A DNA stretch of 64,000 nucleotides from a virus: the IMG/VR virus record IMGVR_UViG_3300042309_002320, positions 37,116 to 101,115 of that record. One strand, written 5' to 3'. Made by a program: the position numbers and the translations under genes. How positions within the stretch are numbered: the first letter of the stretch is position 1; each line of letters starts with the position of its first letter. Positions 29,701 to 36,572 of this stretch are shown here, one piece after another. A model generated the notes under the pieces. That model had not been told where the DNA came from. It was given only the letters and a program-made list of their open reading frames with translations, and did no database searches.

Positions 29701-30212
29701 GCATGAGTAATCATATTATTTAATAATATGCCAGTATCTATAACCACAGCATAAACATCATGAGTTCCTATATGTCCTCGATTCCATAGGGGGACAACAT
29801 TTATATGAAAATTGCCTCTCGCTGGATTTAGACCCCATAATTCGAACCATCTACTATCATTACTCAAAGAATTATAACTTTTATTAATTATTGGTTCTTC
29901 GAATCTAATTATTTCATCAGCTTCAAAAAATGCTATATTTTTATTATAATTCAATGTATTTTGTGTTTCAAAAGTATTTTGCCTAACCAAAAACATCCCA
30001 GGAAGACCCAATCCTCTAATAACAGTATATTCAGGTCCTAAAATAGTATAAATATCATTTATAGATTCCATTCTAGATATTGCTTCTTCAGTAAGTCTAA
30101 TAATAAAATTACTAGAATACTCTGATTGAGAATTAATTAATATTGATTCTATTTTAGTATCAACAAATTGAGTAAACCATATCTCTGATACTTTATTATA
30201 ATCACTATTCAT
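20793..30212 (-). CDS. Giant modular virion protein: propeptide + S8 subtilase, poly-Pro, YVTN propeller, 2x permuted FGE/SUMF1, FN3, VWA-like, DUF642/CBM-like, two more propellers, Cys-rich end
   Basis: VIDTG / HGTHVAGTIG / GTSMACPHVAG triad; AYVTN...ISIVD repeats; YEVTN...WYKAAYY; LSWE...GYVIEYK...YDFRV; IFVDVSGSM; NLVVNGDFE; TP-rich linkers between modules. Confidence 0.85.
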   Translation of the reverse strand: MNSDYNKVSEIWFTQFVDTKIESILINSQSEYSSNFIIRLTEEAISRMESINDIYTILGPEYTVIRGLGLPGMFLVRQNTFETQNTLNYNKNIAFFEADEIIRFEEPIINKSYNSLSNDSRWFELWGLNPARGNFHINVVPLWNRGHIGTHDVYAVVIDTGILLNNMITHADLAGNLRFTYDSNNNLEGDFSTNNEGYNDYNGHGTHVAGTIGAFGDNNLGVTGVCKRVSLLNGKIFSCRSDKPPPCSSLELTSSLAKIILAVNYTTSLKQLFKNNDPKGRNIVVINHSYAGGSFSQSQLDAMKAAYAQGIISVCAAANNGTNNDSLPKYPSSYTWNDPSGTDGIISVASMTITGARSIFSNYGLANVDIAAPGGDQTEEGGILSTWKNGDYFSISGTSMACPHVAGAVALLASIFPNVSAAQIKNAILFSAIPTPAFATNGAAPISTGGRLDVTGAASILIASPPPPPPPPPPPPPPPPPPPPPPPPPPPPPPPPPPPPPLLPPIKDLELVTVQSNPNSATFLFGTRAYVTNSDSDTISIVDLATKTQLSTVSVGNNPTDIISNSIDNRIYVINSDDNSISIINATNNTVIQTILNVGTSPASLLYLNNKIYVTNTGTVSSPNSTINIFNATTYQFITSITVQNGPRSLYLHNNLIYVCNTESNSISIIDPVNDSVISNINSSGLRPWSFVALNDKGYITNYLSNNISVLNLTTRTIEKTIAVGSSPTSMALINFAKKLYVCNTDSNSLSVINLLNDTVQDTIDFDAVDPVNIFYYELTPRILYITCRAVNSLGIYSVYSLTFPPGPNSANLKLCAKGPIWIDNGNVTTVGSNGGPSAYGTYDQGGNAEEWTEEHHVSVVGGRKVTRRWCLGGGFDSPDNELDYTKTSYHAKDPTLKVASHGFRIASLTNPNNLPYFVTVGDAGNPNNPIFTTDPVGAVSYEYKIGQYEVTNCQYVEFLNAVAKTDIYKLYDTNMISNTKGGIVRSGTSGNYTYSSKTTSANNRPQPMNNKPVVFVNWFSAARFCNWLHNGKPNGSQDNTTTEDGAYTLNGRTTAENFDQPIVRNANAKYFLPSYSEWYKAAYYKGGGTNAGYWRWPTQSDLPDRSFSNLFQCVEADGFGNGKPDGKVQFTDYDCNLVSPPTTPPPTLPVFGPTPSVTPTPTPTPSPDKCLDADFSNRAYLDKEFFTFKASNTRQNAFVGITKNVELKQFILETIIKDKTSGVSRTESFILECPDFVECGATTVASSIITNYEVSDNIVSLSWEDQIPQYPDIEGYVIEYKTSSSSWIRDAFILDTASTSITGLELGEYYDFRVVTLTKHCEFIGPEVTGIYIPPAVILPTDFIMIFIDEANPDYVGLLGTIGKDWVEDTNNVTSLIENGAVDAERFIVLAPADSTQWIYPSNAVPKLPFGTDRVVKVSRPTTYNDILTQFETHFLPIIEQTDQETPIRILIFVDVSGSMNRADIEPGINEFIEYIVETLQYQFVEFNCSSERWLDWIYAAATNQVAQSCLQVSGSSAQNLSFKTLTSDNIIQQNYLKPQKGNNRLNINYRIQTSPSSYQDIKDCWSSANRENCTLLTTDVMQIQLNNLIVCHEYEIFYKLHYPTKQCISCNESFNEPASPASFNLVSTANYGSVAVWNDQTGNVTTVGTNGSSSFYGTYDQTGNLNEWTEGQVSSSRIVRGGSWISNSLELGSGYRSPQSPISANATIGGRIIVRDTRSLDLINYALIDDVNNVADTNGYGSVVYRYAIKKYLLTNCEYAQFLNSVASVYDRYNLYKEAMSNDPRGGILRTEKDSLYYYTTKLNMGDKPVNYITWFDLARYCNWLSNGKIDSKDSNDYGITENGAYDMSQSSITRNPAAKYAIPTENEWYKAAYYSGGSANAAYFTYATKSNNLPDPSSATSSGRGQEIDTNFVCPPPITIPVVPDCPSCANNLVVNGDFEISVPSMNLGTAANWVTNNVDVHSLHFYGTNQPIKVWVDLNSCSPGYIEQNIPTIVNGVYRLSFKKSGNNYGNINVIRTFKVVITGTYAEEYNFSFDPSNTTFESYESMGWIAEIIDFTASSTTTTIRFESTCANCGCFGAAIDCVCVLPIGQAVPSPTPSPTPTRTPVPTSTPRVTPTPTMLPVCSYKQLGELLEPQLSNRGLVTYSLSRNGSTIAGLFVNTVVVYDWNNTAWIERASRITLDNAEIVTAFSGNDSIDTDTAGTTVAIGTPRHSTSIYSTVGQYKGKVTVYMWNGTSWSKKGSDILGINTGEGLGSIVSMSSDGNTIAIGSPDYVGSTGAEQATAGKIKVYEFINGTWTQKGFSIFGENSTDLVGYYPNIKLSPDGSRLFIGITTGIVRVYDWINNAWVKSATISTSFSPSAGNILWYIDAKSNDTFVASGRSRVEVYTLINNQWTLKGSPITSIFATNEDGRAAISETNNILAIMHKDPISIINERIIIYEYVNNNWIYKEKLSDNIRSANIFQTMQINNAGTRVVDTVYNNAGRVALRCSGYECVVPTPTPTPSITLTRTPQITVTPTSTVAAVVPSVTPTRTPTRTPSSSPLPLTQCTHSTEVLFPTTEAYGCYFNNSSKKLYLVDVISDRIRVVNSITKSITSSISGPAGAEFGNLIINESLNKLYLINYGTPNNGSVLVINGSTDSLVNTISLQSKIHPSALAINSVTNKIFIMRYDSNSNAILTAINCSTDTIETSISLNKLFGNGNVSVDENNNKIYVVVSNHVGASPEHTLFIIDGSTYAVTTINNFSPGSISVTPYIFNNKLYSFDARQAGSQSSIRIYELNQSTSYYQQNPSLLSTISIVNDLLGSSYNVENFLKIDKNNKVGYYITYNNNLTDNYVVGVNLETKQNRSIINKIGPQYLGHLDVDQTTGSLYIPRYSSGNGIVLAGPCGSSNPVTPTRTPAPTPTPTRGLATGPLSIFNCVTNANGSITVSLKGILQSNQNAILFIKPLNQIYYQDAGCGSGPVAVTWTGQLPKDSLNTASSSSLPLSSSVTITHMTCHYNDCGNCAPNCALTPLRANVTHVVELYVYGPSGSYCSRCNEPSSPPPPPPPPPPPPPVNAGECYYYCDVYGGLSSTNDSEVAVVLESLPSPYTAYRWVLYQSVCNQGYSCSQPNELIYPCHPAVQGTYISTTCVPTI
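28710..28820 (-). repeat. Poly-proline tract, 37 consecutive CCN codons
   Basis: 111 nt of NGG triplets on the + strand, using mixed synonymous codons. Confidence 0.95.
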
Positions 30213-30240
30213 AATAGATATTATTTGTCCTAAATATTAA

Positions 30241-31377
30241 TTAAGATTCTGTAGCACAAACATCAAGACCACATCTTATTGCTATACTATCATATATTTT
30301 ATGTTGACTTCTATCATGAGTAAGCTCTATTGTAACAAGACTTTGTTCGTATAGTGCCAAATTAGGAACCAGATAAGTATAAATATTTCCATTACCATTC
30401 TCACCAAAATAAATATCTCCAGACGATGGAACAAAACCAACAGTTCCGATGCCCATATTAGCTGTTGTAAACTTATAAGTATATTTTTCACCAGGATTAG
30501 CATTGTAAACTTCTACTATCATAAGTTTTGGACTACTACTAGTACAGCATTCTCCAGATAGGGATATTTGTGGAGAACCAGAAATTGTTACTAATCCATA
30601 TTTAATACATGGTAAACAATCATCGCAAATTGTCATAATTGAATTACTAAAATTCATTTCTCCATTACAAGATTGTGGAGTAACACTTAATTGTATAGTA
30701 TTAAAAATTTTAGCTTCGTCAGTATTTTTAACATACATATTATGATTCATAGAGCCAGGATGATCAGATGAACATTCACCAGAATTTGCACAAAAGACCA
30801 ATCTATGCTGCATATCATATGAGTCTGATGTGGGAATAAAAGTGCCTGATTTTGGCGAAGCCATTATGCATGGCCAATTTGATCCTAAGCTATATAAGCT
30901 ATAATTATACGATGCTCCTGCTTCTAATCCACTAAAAGATGATACAAAATTAAAAATGTTAGAATTGCTTAGTATATACTGGTCGCATACTTCAGAGCCA
31001 CATCCACTCAATTCTATACCAATATTTGGTAAACATCCAGTACATTGTACAAGTTGCTGGGATGAAAATATTTCTGAATTATCTGATAAACTTACAACCT
31101 TTGCTTTTACGCTTGTAAATAATTCTTGATTAGCATATCCACATTGTAATGGTTCATACGGTAATACATTAGATAAATTCATAGCTAGACCTGTACTAGC
31201 ACAAAAAGATACTGATGTATTTATAGAGGTTGTTTTTGCTGTTGCTTCAAAAGACCCTGTCCTAGGAATAGCAACGGATGGCCAGTTTCCACCAAGTCCT
31301 AAAATTTCATATCTATAATTTTCTCTCTTAATTAATCCACTAACTGGTATCGAGATATGAATATTATTGTTTTTCAT
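30241..31377 (-). CDS. Cys-rich repeated Ig/FN3-like module protein (fibre or decoration)
   Basis: SGL-x5-Y-x-Y...G[GS]NWP...[TS]G[ST]F...FC module twice, plus a degenerate third copy. ATG at 31377 follows AGGAAAAATT (ORF track starts at 31395). Confidence 0.55.
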   Translation of the reverse strand: MKNNNIHISIPVSGLIKRENYRYEILGLGGNWPSVAIPRTGSFEATAKTTSINTSVSFCASTGLAMNLSNVLPYEPLQCGYANQELFTSVKAKVVSLSDNSEIFSSQQLVQCTGCLPNIGIELSGCGSEVCDQYILSNSNIFNFVSSFSGLEAGASYNYSLYSLGSNWPCIMASPKSGTFIPTSDSYDMQHRLVFCANSGECSSDHPGSMNHNMYVKNTDEAKIFNTIQLSVTPQSCNGEMNFSNSIMTICDDCLPCIKYGLVTISGSPQISLSGECCTSSSPKLMIVEVYNANPGEKYTYKFTTANMGIGTVGFVPSSGDIYFGENGNGNIYTYLVPNLALYEQSLVTIELTHDRSQHKIYDSIAIRCGLDVCATES

Positions 31378-31385
31378 AATTTTTC

Positions 31386-32597
31386 CTATAAGCAATCATT
31401 GCAATAGATTGTTAATGATGGACTATAAACACTATTACTACCCTGAAACATATAGTATGGTTCTGCGCATGTATTTGGCGTAACTTTAAGCCTTAGAGAT
31501 GAATAATAAGTTTCGACAAACTTTGGGTCTAAAACATAGTCTATAACTGAGCTATCATTACTAGGACATAATGACGATGTTGGACAAAATACTATTTTAG
31601 AGGATAATTTAAATTCTCTAGAATTATATGTAGTAAATGTCCCGCTTATTGGAGTGATAAACATTGCTGGCCAGTTTGCTCCTAGGCCAACATATTCGTA
31701 GTTGTAGTTTTGTGTTGGTTCTAGTCCACTTATATGAGCAGTAATATCCACAGTACTTGTATTAGTACCTAAGTTAATAACACTAGATCCTTCTTGAAGA
31801 ATAACTTTAACTCTTGGTAAACAATCTTTGCATTCTATAGTAACAGGATTACTTTTAACAGAAGATCCGTTAAAAGACAAAGGGATAACTTCAAGTTCAA
31901 AAGTACTATATAAATGACTTTCATTATATGTTGGACAAGTATTTGGTATTACTCCAGAAATAATGTTTCTATTTGTTACACATTCACAACAAGCTCCAGA
32001 TGTTGGACAAAACGACATAATAGAACTTAGATTACCACTAGTTTCAGACGGTTTTATAGTTCCAGAAAGCGGGGCTATGGTTATAGGCCAATTACTATCA
32101 ATACCTTTATAAACATAAGAATATCTCTCATATGGCTGTAGACCACTTATTGTGGGATTAAGTATAGTTTTATAGTCATCTTCTAATAATTTATAAGACA
32201 AATTAGTAATAACAGGTATAACACCTATTCCTCCTCCAACACTGCCACCAGGAATTGTACCCATAATAGGTACATATATGGGCAAATCAGCAGTTGTTCG
32301 TAAAATAACATAATAAGCAGATTGTGAAGAAAGTTGTGTTAGTGTTGAATCTTCATGCGGAACATAAGCATACGAAGAATTACCAAATTCATCTGTTAAT
32401 TGTGATCGTTTTGTCCAAAACACTGGTATAGAATTATCTATATTTTGACTACTATATATAGTATCTATAGATTGAATAAACTTATTATATTGTAGTTTTT
32501 TATCATTATCAGAAGATATTTCTTCTGGCATCTCCATAAGATTTAATGGTTCTGTACCAGCGTATGTAAAGATAAAAAATTGATTATTAATTATCAT
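31386..32597 (-). CDS. Paralogue of the downstream Cys-rich Ig-like module protein
   Basis: SGLQPYERYSY...SNWP...SGT...FCPT and SGLEPTQNYNY...ANWP...SGTF...FCPT. ATG at 32597; TTG at 32609 is an alternative start. Confidence 0.55.
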   Translation of the reverse strand: MIINNQFFIFTYAGTEPLNLMEMPEEISSDNDKKLQYNKFIQSIDTIYSSQNIDNSIPVFWTKRSQLTDEFGNSSYAYVPHEDSTLTQLSSQSAYYVILRTTADLPIYVPIMGTIPGGSVGGGIGVIPVITNLSYKLLEDDYKTILNPTISGLQPYERYSYVYKGIDSNWPITIAPLSGTIKPSETSGNLSSIMSFCPTSGACCECVTNRNIISGVIPNTCPTYNESHLYSTFELEVIPLSFNGSSVKSNPVTIECKDCLPRVKVILQEGSSVINLGTNTSTVDITAHISGLEPTQNYNYEYVGLGANWPAMFITPISGTFTTYNSREFKLSSKIVFCPTSSLCPSNDSSVIDYVLDPKFVETYYSSLRLKVTPNTCAEPYYMFQGSNSVYSPSLTIYCNDCL

Positions 32598-32629
32598 AAA
32601 ATATAGCAAATAAGTTTAAAGTAAGTAAT

Positions 32630-32646
32630 ATAATAATACACCATTC
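32630..32646 (-). promoter_or_regulatory. Putative late-promoter motif GGTGTA + AT-rich
   Basis: - strand reads GAATGGTGTATTATTAT in an intergenic gap. The same core occurs in the other three large gaps. Confidence 0.55.
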
Positions 32647-32647
32647 G

Positions 32648-33526
32648 CTAAGGTATGCTTGCTAAACAAATAGTATCGTTACTAACCCTGCCACCAAGAG
32701 TGATTTCTGCTATAGATGGAATATTATTTGGTTGATCGGCAAATAATAGTTCAAAATTTTTAATAGGTAATAAGATTTTAATTTTATTATTAATACCTAA
32801 ATTATTGGGAATAAATTTTACAATTGTTTTGTTGTTTGACGATAATGTCCAATTATTTGTTTCATCCAAAATTATGTAATTATTTTCATATTGTCTTCTC
32901 TCTAATTGAGATGGACTAGCACAAAATGTTGCTGCTGTAAAGGTATAATTACCATCTATTTGTTCCTCAACTCCAAGATTGATTGATAATTCTATATCGG
33001 CAGATTCTGAGGACGCTATAAAATTCTTGATAGTAGCTGTTACTGTTTCTGGTATTCCTGGACCAGTAACTTTCATACCAACAAATAATGAATTAAAATT
33101 ACTTCTATTATTGAGCCTCAGAACAGAATGATTGTTTGATACTCCTTCTAGTGTATTTCCATTTAATATGGATCCTTCAAATGAGAACGACGTAGACGGA
33201 GAACATACTACTAATAAATAATCTGTATATAATATACTATTAGAAACATCTCTAATATTAGTTTGAATAACAGTTTGAGTTTCAAAATTATGATTTGCTT
33301 TGATTGTTAAATTAACTGTCGGTTTAAAGTTTTTATTTTTAGATATGGTATAACTAGGATTATCCGGTAAAAACTTAATAACTGGTGGAGATATTTTTGG
33401 TAAAGTTGTGGATACTTTAAAGTCTACTATATAAATATCTTTTTGTGGTAAATTAGGAGGCGTTGGAAAAGAGAGTAAAATACCTTTTTCACCGTCTTCG
33501 ATAGAGTAATTTACTGTATTAATCAT
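32648..33526 (-). CDS. Hypothetical virion/fibre-associated protein
   Basis: LFVGMKVTGPGIP is a beta motif common in phage fibre/baseplate proteins. Coupled by an ATGA overlap. Confidence 0.45.
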   Translation of the reverse strand: MINTVNYSIEDGEKGILLSFPTPPNLPQKDIYIVDFKVSTTLPKISPPVIKFLPDNPSYTISKNKNFKPTVNLTIKANHNFETQTVIQTNIRDVSNSILYTDYLLVVCSPSTSFSFEGSILNGNTLEGVSNNHSVLRLNNRSNFNSLFVGMKVTGPGIPETVTATIKNFIASSESADIELSINLGVEEQIDGNYTFTAATFCASPSQLERRQYENNYIILDETNNWTLSSNNKTIVKFIPNNLGINNKIKILLPIKNFELLFADQPNNIPSIAEITLGGRVSNDTICLASIP

Positions 33527-34065
33527 AGAGAAGCTTCAATACATTTAAAAGTTAAAATTTGTTCAGTTAACACACTATTATTACTATCTAGCACACTAAA
33601 TTTAAAAATACTAATATTATTATATGTTTCAGGGTTTACTGATATATTTAGTGGTATTGTTGCTTTTCTAAGAGTAATAGTATTATCATTTTGTGTTTCT
33701 TGATAATTCTCGTATTTGGGTTGGCCAATCGATACTAGATTTGTAGTAGAATTCTGTGTTAACTCTACAAAAGCATACGAATATTCAACTGCTCCACTTT
33801 TTAGATTAGTTACAACAGCTGATAGTAAATCTCCAGCACAACAAAAATTTTCTATATTAGATACTGCTTGATTTTTATAGCTAAATGCTATAACTGGCAT
33901 CGGTTCAAAGCAAATTTTTTGACCGATCCACTCTATAATAGATCCATCAATAAGTTTAGAATATAATTTGCCTGTTTTGCTATTCATAACTAGTTCGCCA
34001 ACCTCTAGTTGTTCTGGGCTTGGAAAACCATTACTACTTATATCTCTTTTAATTAAAAGCCTCAT
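33523..34065 (-). CDS. Tail-fibre-associated protein with an Mtd_N/hyaluronidase-like N-terminal motif
   Basis: RLLIKR...PSPEQLEVGELVMNSKTGKLY. Confidence 0.6.
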   Translation of the reverse strand: MRLLIKRDISSNGFPSPEQLEVGELVMNSKTGKLYSKLIDGSIIEWIGQKICFEPMPVIAFSYKNQAVSNIENFCCAGDLLSAVVTNLKSGAVEYSYAFVELTQNSTTNLVSIGQPKYENYQETQNDNTITLRKATIPLNISVNPETYNNISIFKFSVLDSNNSVLTEQILTFKCIEASL

Positions 34066-36560
34066 AAGCTACAAACTCCTGTAAATAATATAACTCCGAA
34101 ATCCCAATTACTTAATACATCATTATTTTGTTCCTCTTCTTCAGGATCAACGGCATAAGCGGTTAATCCAGAAGCATAATAATATGAATATGTTCCCTGG
34201 CCACTACTATTCCATGCGCTGATTCTATATAAATAGTCTTTAGTAGAATTCAAACCATATATTGTTTCAGAATTTATGGTTATAAAGTTATTATCTGATG
34301 GAGAATTATGATAATACCAATTAATTCCATAGTCATCTGATTCTTCTATAATATAACCAGAAAATACACCAATCCCTAATTGAGCACTAGTATTCCAAGA
34401 TAAAGAAATAGCAGAAATATCTCCATCGAAAACTCTTGTACCAGTTACTGATATAGGACTTGTTGGAACATTATTATTTGGGCTAAGTAATTGTGTAGCT
34501 TCAGAATATTCTCCAATACCAATGGAATTCTGTGCAGCTACTCTGAATAAAATATTACTGCCTGCTATTGTTTTAATTGTAGCAGAAGTCTGATCTGATA
34601 GTCCTCTGTGTAGATAAGCTGGGTTTTCATCTTCGTCATCCTGAGTATTTGTCCAAGTTTCTCCATTATTAAAAGAGAACTGAACAAGATAATTTACAAT
34701 TTTGCTTCTGCCATCATCGACTGGGGCGTCCCATTGTAAAGAATATTCATTATTGCCAAGACCAGCATTATTATGACCAATTGCTCCTCTAATATTAGTT
34801 GGAGCATCTGGTTCTGTTGGATTAATTCTAGGTGTTCGAGATATAATTTTACCATTATAATCAACTGTTAATAAGGCATTTGCAATATATTTACTTGTTC
34901 CGTCTAAAGACGGTTTCGGTCTAAGATACACATCCTCTGCTACTAATGCGGTAGAATAGGTATTCCCGCTCACAGTTAAATCGGCATATGTAGATAATAA
35001 TCCTTCTCCACTAACTATACTGGCTAATGAAAAAGCATTACTTGTATTAATACACACTTTACCAATTTCGTCGTAACTAAATCCGGATGGTATGGTTTTT
35101 TCTCTATCTAGATATCTATCAAAAAACACTCCTGTTGGAGATCCAGATACAGCATTAGGAATATGTGCATCTACTCTAAATGTTGGAATTAATCCTTGTG
35201 GAATAAAATTCTGGTTTAATTTATAGACACTATCATTATAATTATTATATGGAATATTATTTTTAGAATAAATGAGAAAATCTATATTTTCACCAAGCAT
35301 ATTAAAACCAGTATGTATGTCTGGTCTAATACTAATATTATTTAATGTTGATGGTTTAAAAGTTAATTCTGTTGTAACTTCTTGTCCTAAGTTATTTGTG
35401 TATGTAACATTATCTGTGGCGAGTGGTTCCATCTGCATAGCCAAATAACCACCTTTTGTGACAGAAAAAATGAATACATTAGTATCTACAGCGGCCCCAG
35501 TGCCGTCTAATCCTATTGGTGGATCTCCAGGATGCTCTGGAGCTATTTCTAGTTCGAAACAATCTACTGGCTCATTGTCAACATTACCATTTTCATCGGC
35601 TGCTGGAGGATTTGGATCAGTTATCGAAACTTCTGTTCGTATACTATCTTCAAAAATATATTCTCTATCAATATCTAATTGAGCTGGTTCTTTAGCAACA
35701 TAAGCCATTTTAGCATAGCCGACGATAACTTCGCCAAAAGCATTTTCTATACACAACGTATCCGAACCAGTACCTAGTTCCTTAACTATTTGTTCTAGCC
35801 CAGGCTGTCCTGGTACTATAGCAGCATAAGGCGACCACCAACGGTCTTCCGTATAAATATAAAGTCTATTATTTCTTAGTAACGCAGGGCGTTTTGGATA
35901 TCTTATCCAGCTCACACCGACTCTCTCTAATCCACTCAAATGTACATCAGGATCATAATTTTCTCTTAAATATGTAGCTGGTTGCCATTTGGCTACTTCT
36001 CCTGATCCATCATGTGTTAATATAAATCCTTTATATGAATCAAGATCATTATTAGGCCCTAAGCTTATACCCATATCGGCTTCAATGACTTTATTAATTT
36101 CTACTTTTTGATTAGTAAAAGATATACCGGGATAAGTATTTATTTGTTTCTCTTCATTATTCATTACATACAAAGGAGATGATGGTGTGCCAGATGGAAA
36201 GCATATTGGTCCACCAGTAGCAGAAACAAAATATGAGGTAGCAGCGGCATTCGAGTCATTTAATTTGTAGATTAATCCGCTACTCTGTCCACTATACAAT
36301 GGAATAGGCTGTCCACTCAAGTTAATTCTACCAAAGTTTTCGGCAACTATCGTTTGTGCTCGTAGTCCGCTAGCATCTACAAATGAGGGACTAATCAATT
36401 TGATACCACTATTAGCAGCTAGATACATACTACCACTAGCTGCTAAACTAACTTGATTACTACTTAAAACATTAAAATATATTCCGTCTATTTTATTATT
36501 GCCGGTTTTAATAGCAACACCCGGCCAATTGCGTGGATTTAGTATATTATACCATAACAT
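34062..36560 (-). CDS. Tail fibre-like protein with two C-terminal FN3 domains
   Basis: PDAPTNI...LQWDAPVDDGRSKIVNY...FRVAAQNSIGIGEYS and LSWN...GLNSTKDYLYRISAWNSSGQG. Confidence 0.7.
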   Translation of the reverse strand: MLWYNILNPRNWPGVAIKTGNNKIDGIYFNVLSSNQVSLAASGSMYLAANSGIKLISPSFVDASGLRAQTIVAENFGRINLSGQPIPLYSGQSSGLIYKLNDSNAAATSYFVSATGGPICFPSGTPSSPLYVMNNEEKQINTYPGISFTNQKVEINKVIEADMGISLGPNNDLDSYKGFILTHDGSGEVAKWQPATYLRENYDPDVHLSGLERVGVSWIRYPKRPALLRNNRLYIYTEDRWWSPYAAIVPGQPGLEQIVKELGTGSDTLCIENAFGEVIVGYAKMAYVAKEPAQLDIDREYIFEDSIRTEVSITDPNPPAADENGNVDNEPVDCFELEIAPEHPGDPPIGLDGTGAAVDTNVFIFSVTKGGYLAMQMEPLATDNVTYTNNLGQEVTTELTFKPSTLNNISIRPDIHTGFNMLGENIDFLIYSKNNIPYNNYNDSVYKLNQNFIPQGLIPTFRVDAHIPNAVSGSPTGVFFDRYLDREKTIPSGFSYDEIGKVCINTSNAFSLASIVSGEGLLSTYADLTVSGNTYSTALVAEDVYLRPKPSLDGTSKYIANALLTVDYNGKIISRTPRINPTEPDAPTNIRGAIGHNNAGLGNNEYSLQWDAPVDDGRSKIVNYLVQFSFNNGETWTNTQDDEDENPAYLHRGLSDQTSATIKTIAGSNILFRVAAQNSIGIGEYSEATQLLSPNNNVPTSPISVTGTRVFDGDISAISLSWNTSAQLGIGVFSGYIIEESDDYGINWYYHNSPSDNNFITINSETIYGLNSTKDYLYRISAWNSSGQGTYSYYYASGLTAYAVDPEEEEQNNDVLSNWDFGVILFTGVCSL

Positions 36561-36572
36561 CTTGATAATTTC

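Noticed and set aside
20793-30212. Eukaryotic or giant-virus origin suggested by poly-Pro and Cys-rich mucin-like proteins
   Set aside because: SD motifs, ATGA-coupled genes and the TMP/tail tube gene order indicate a prokaryotic tailed phage.
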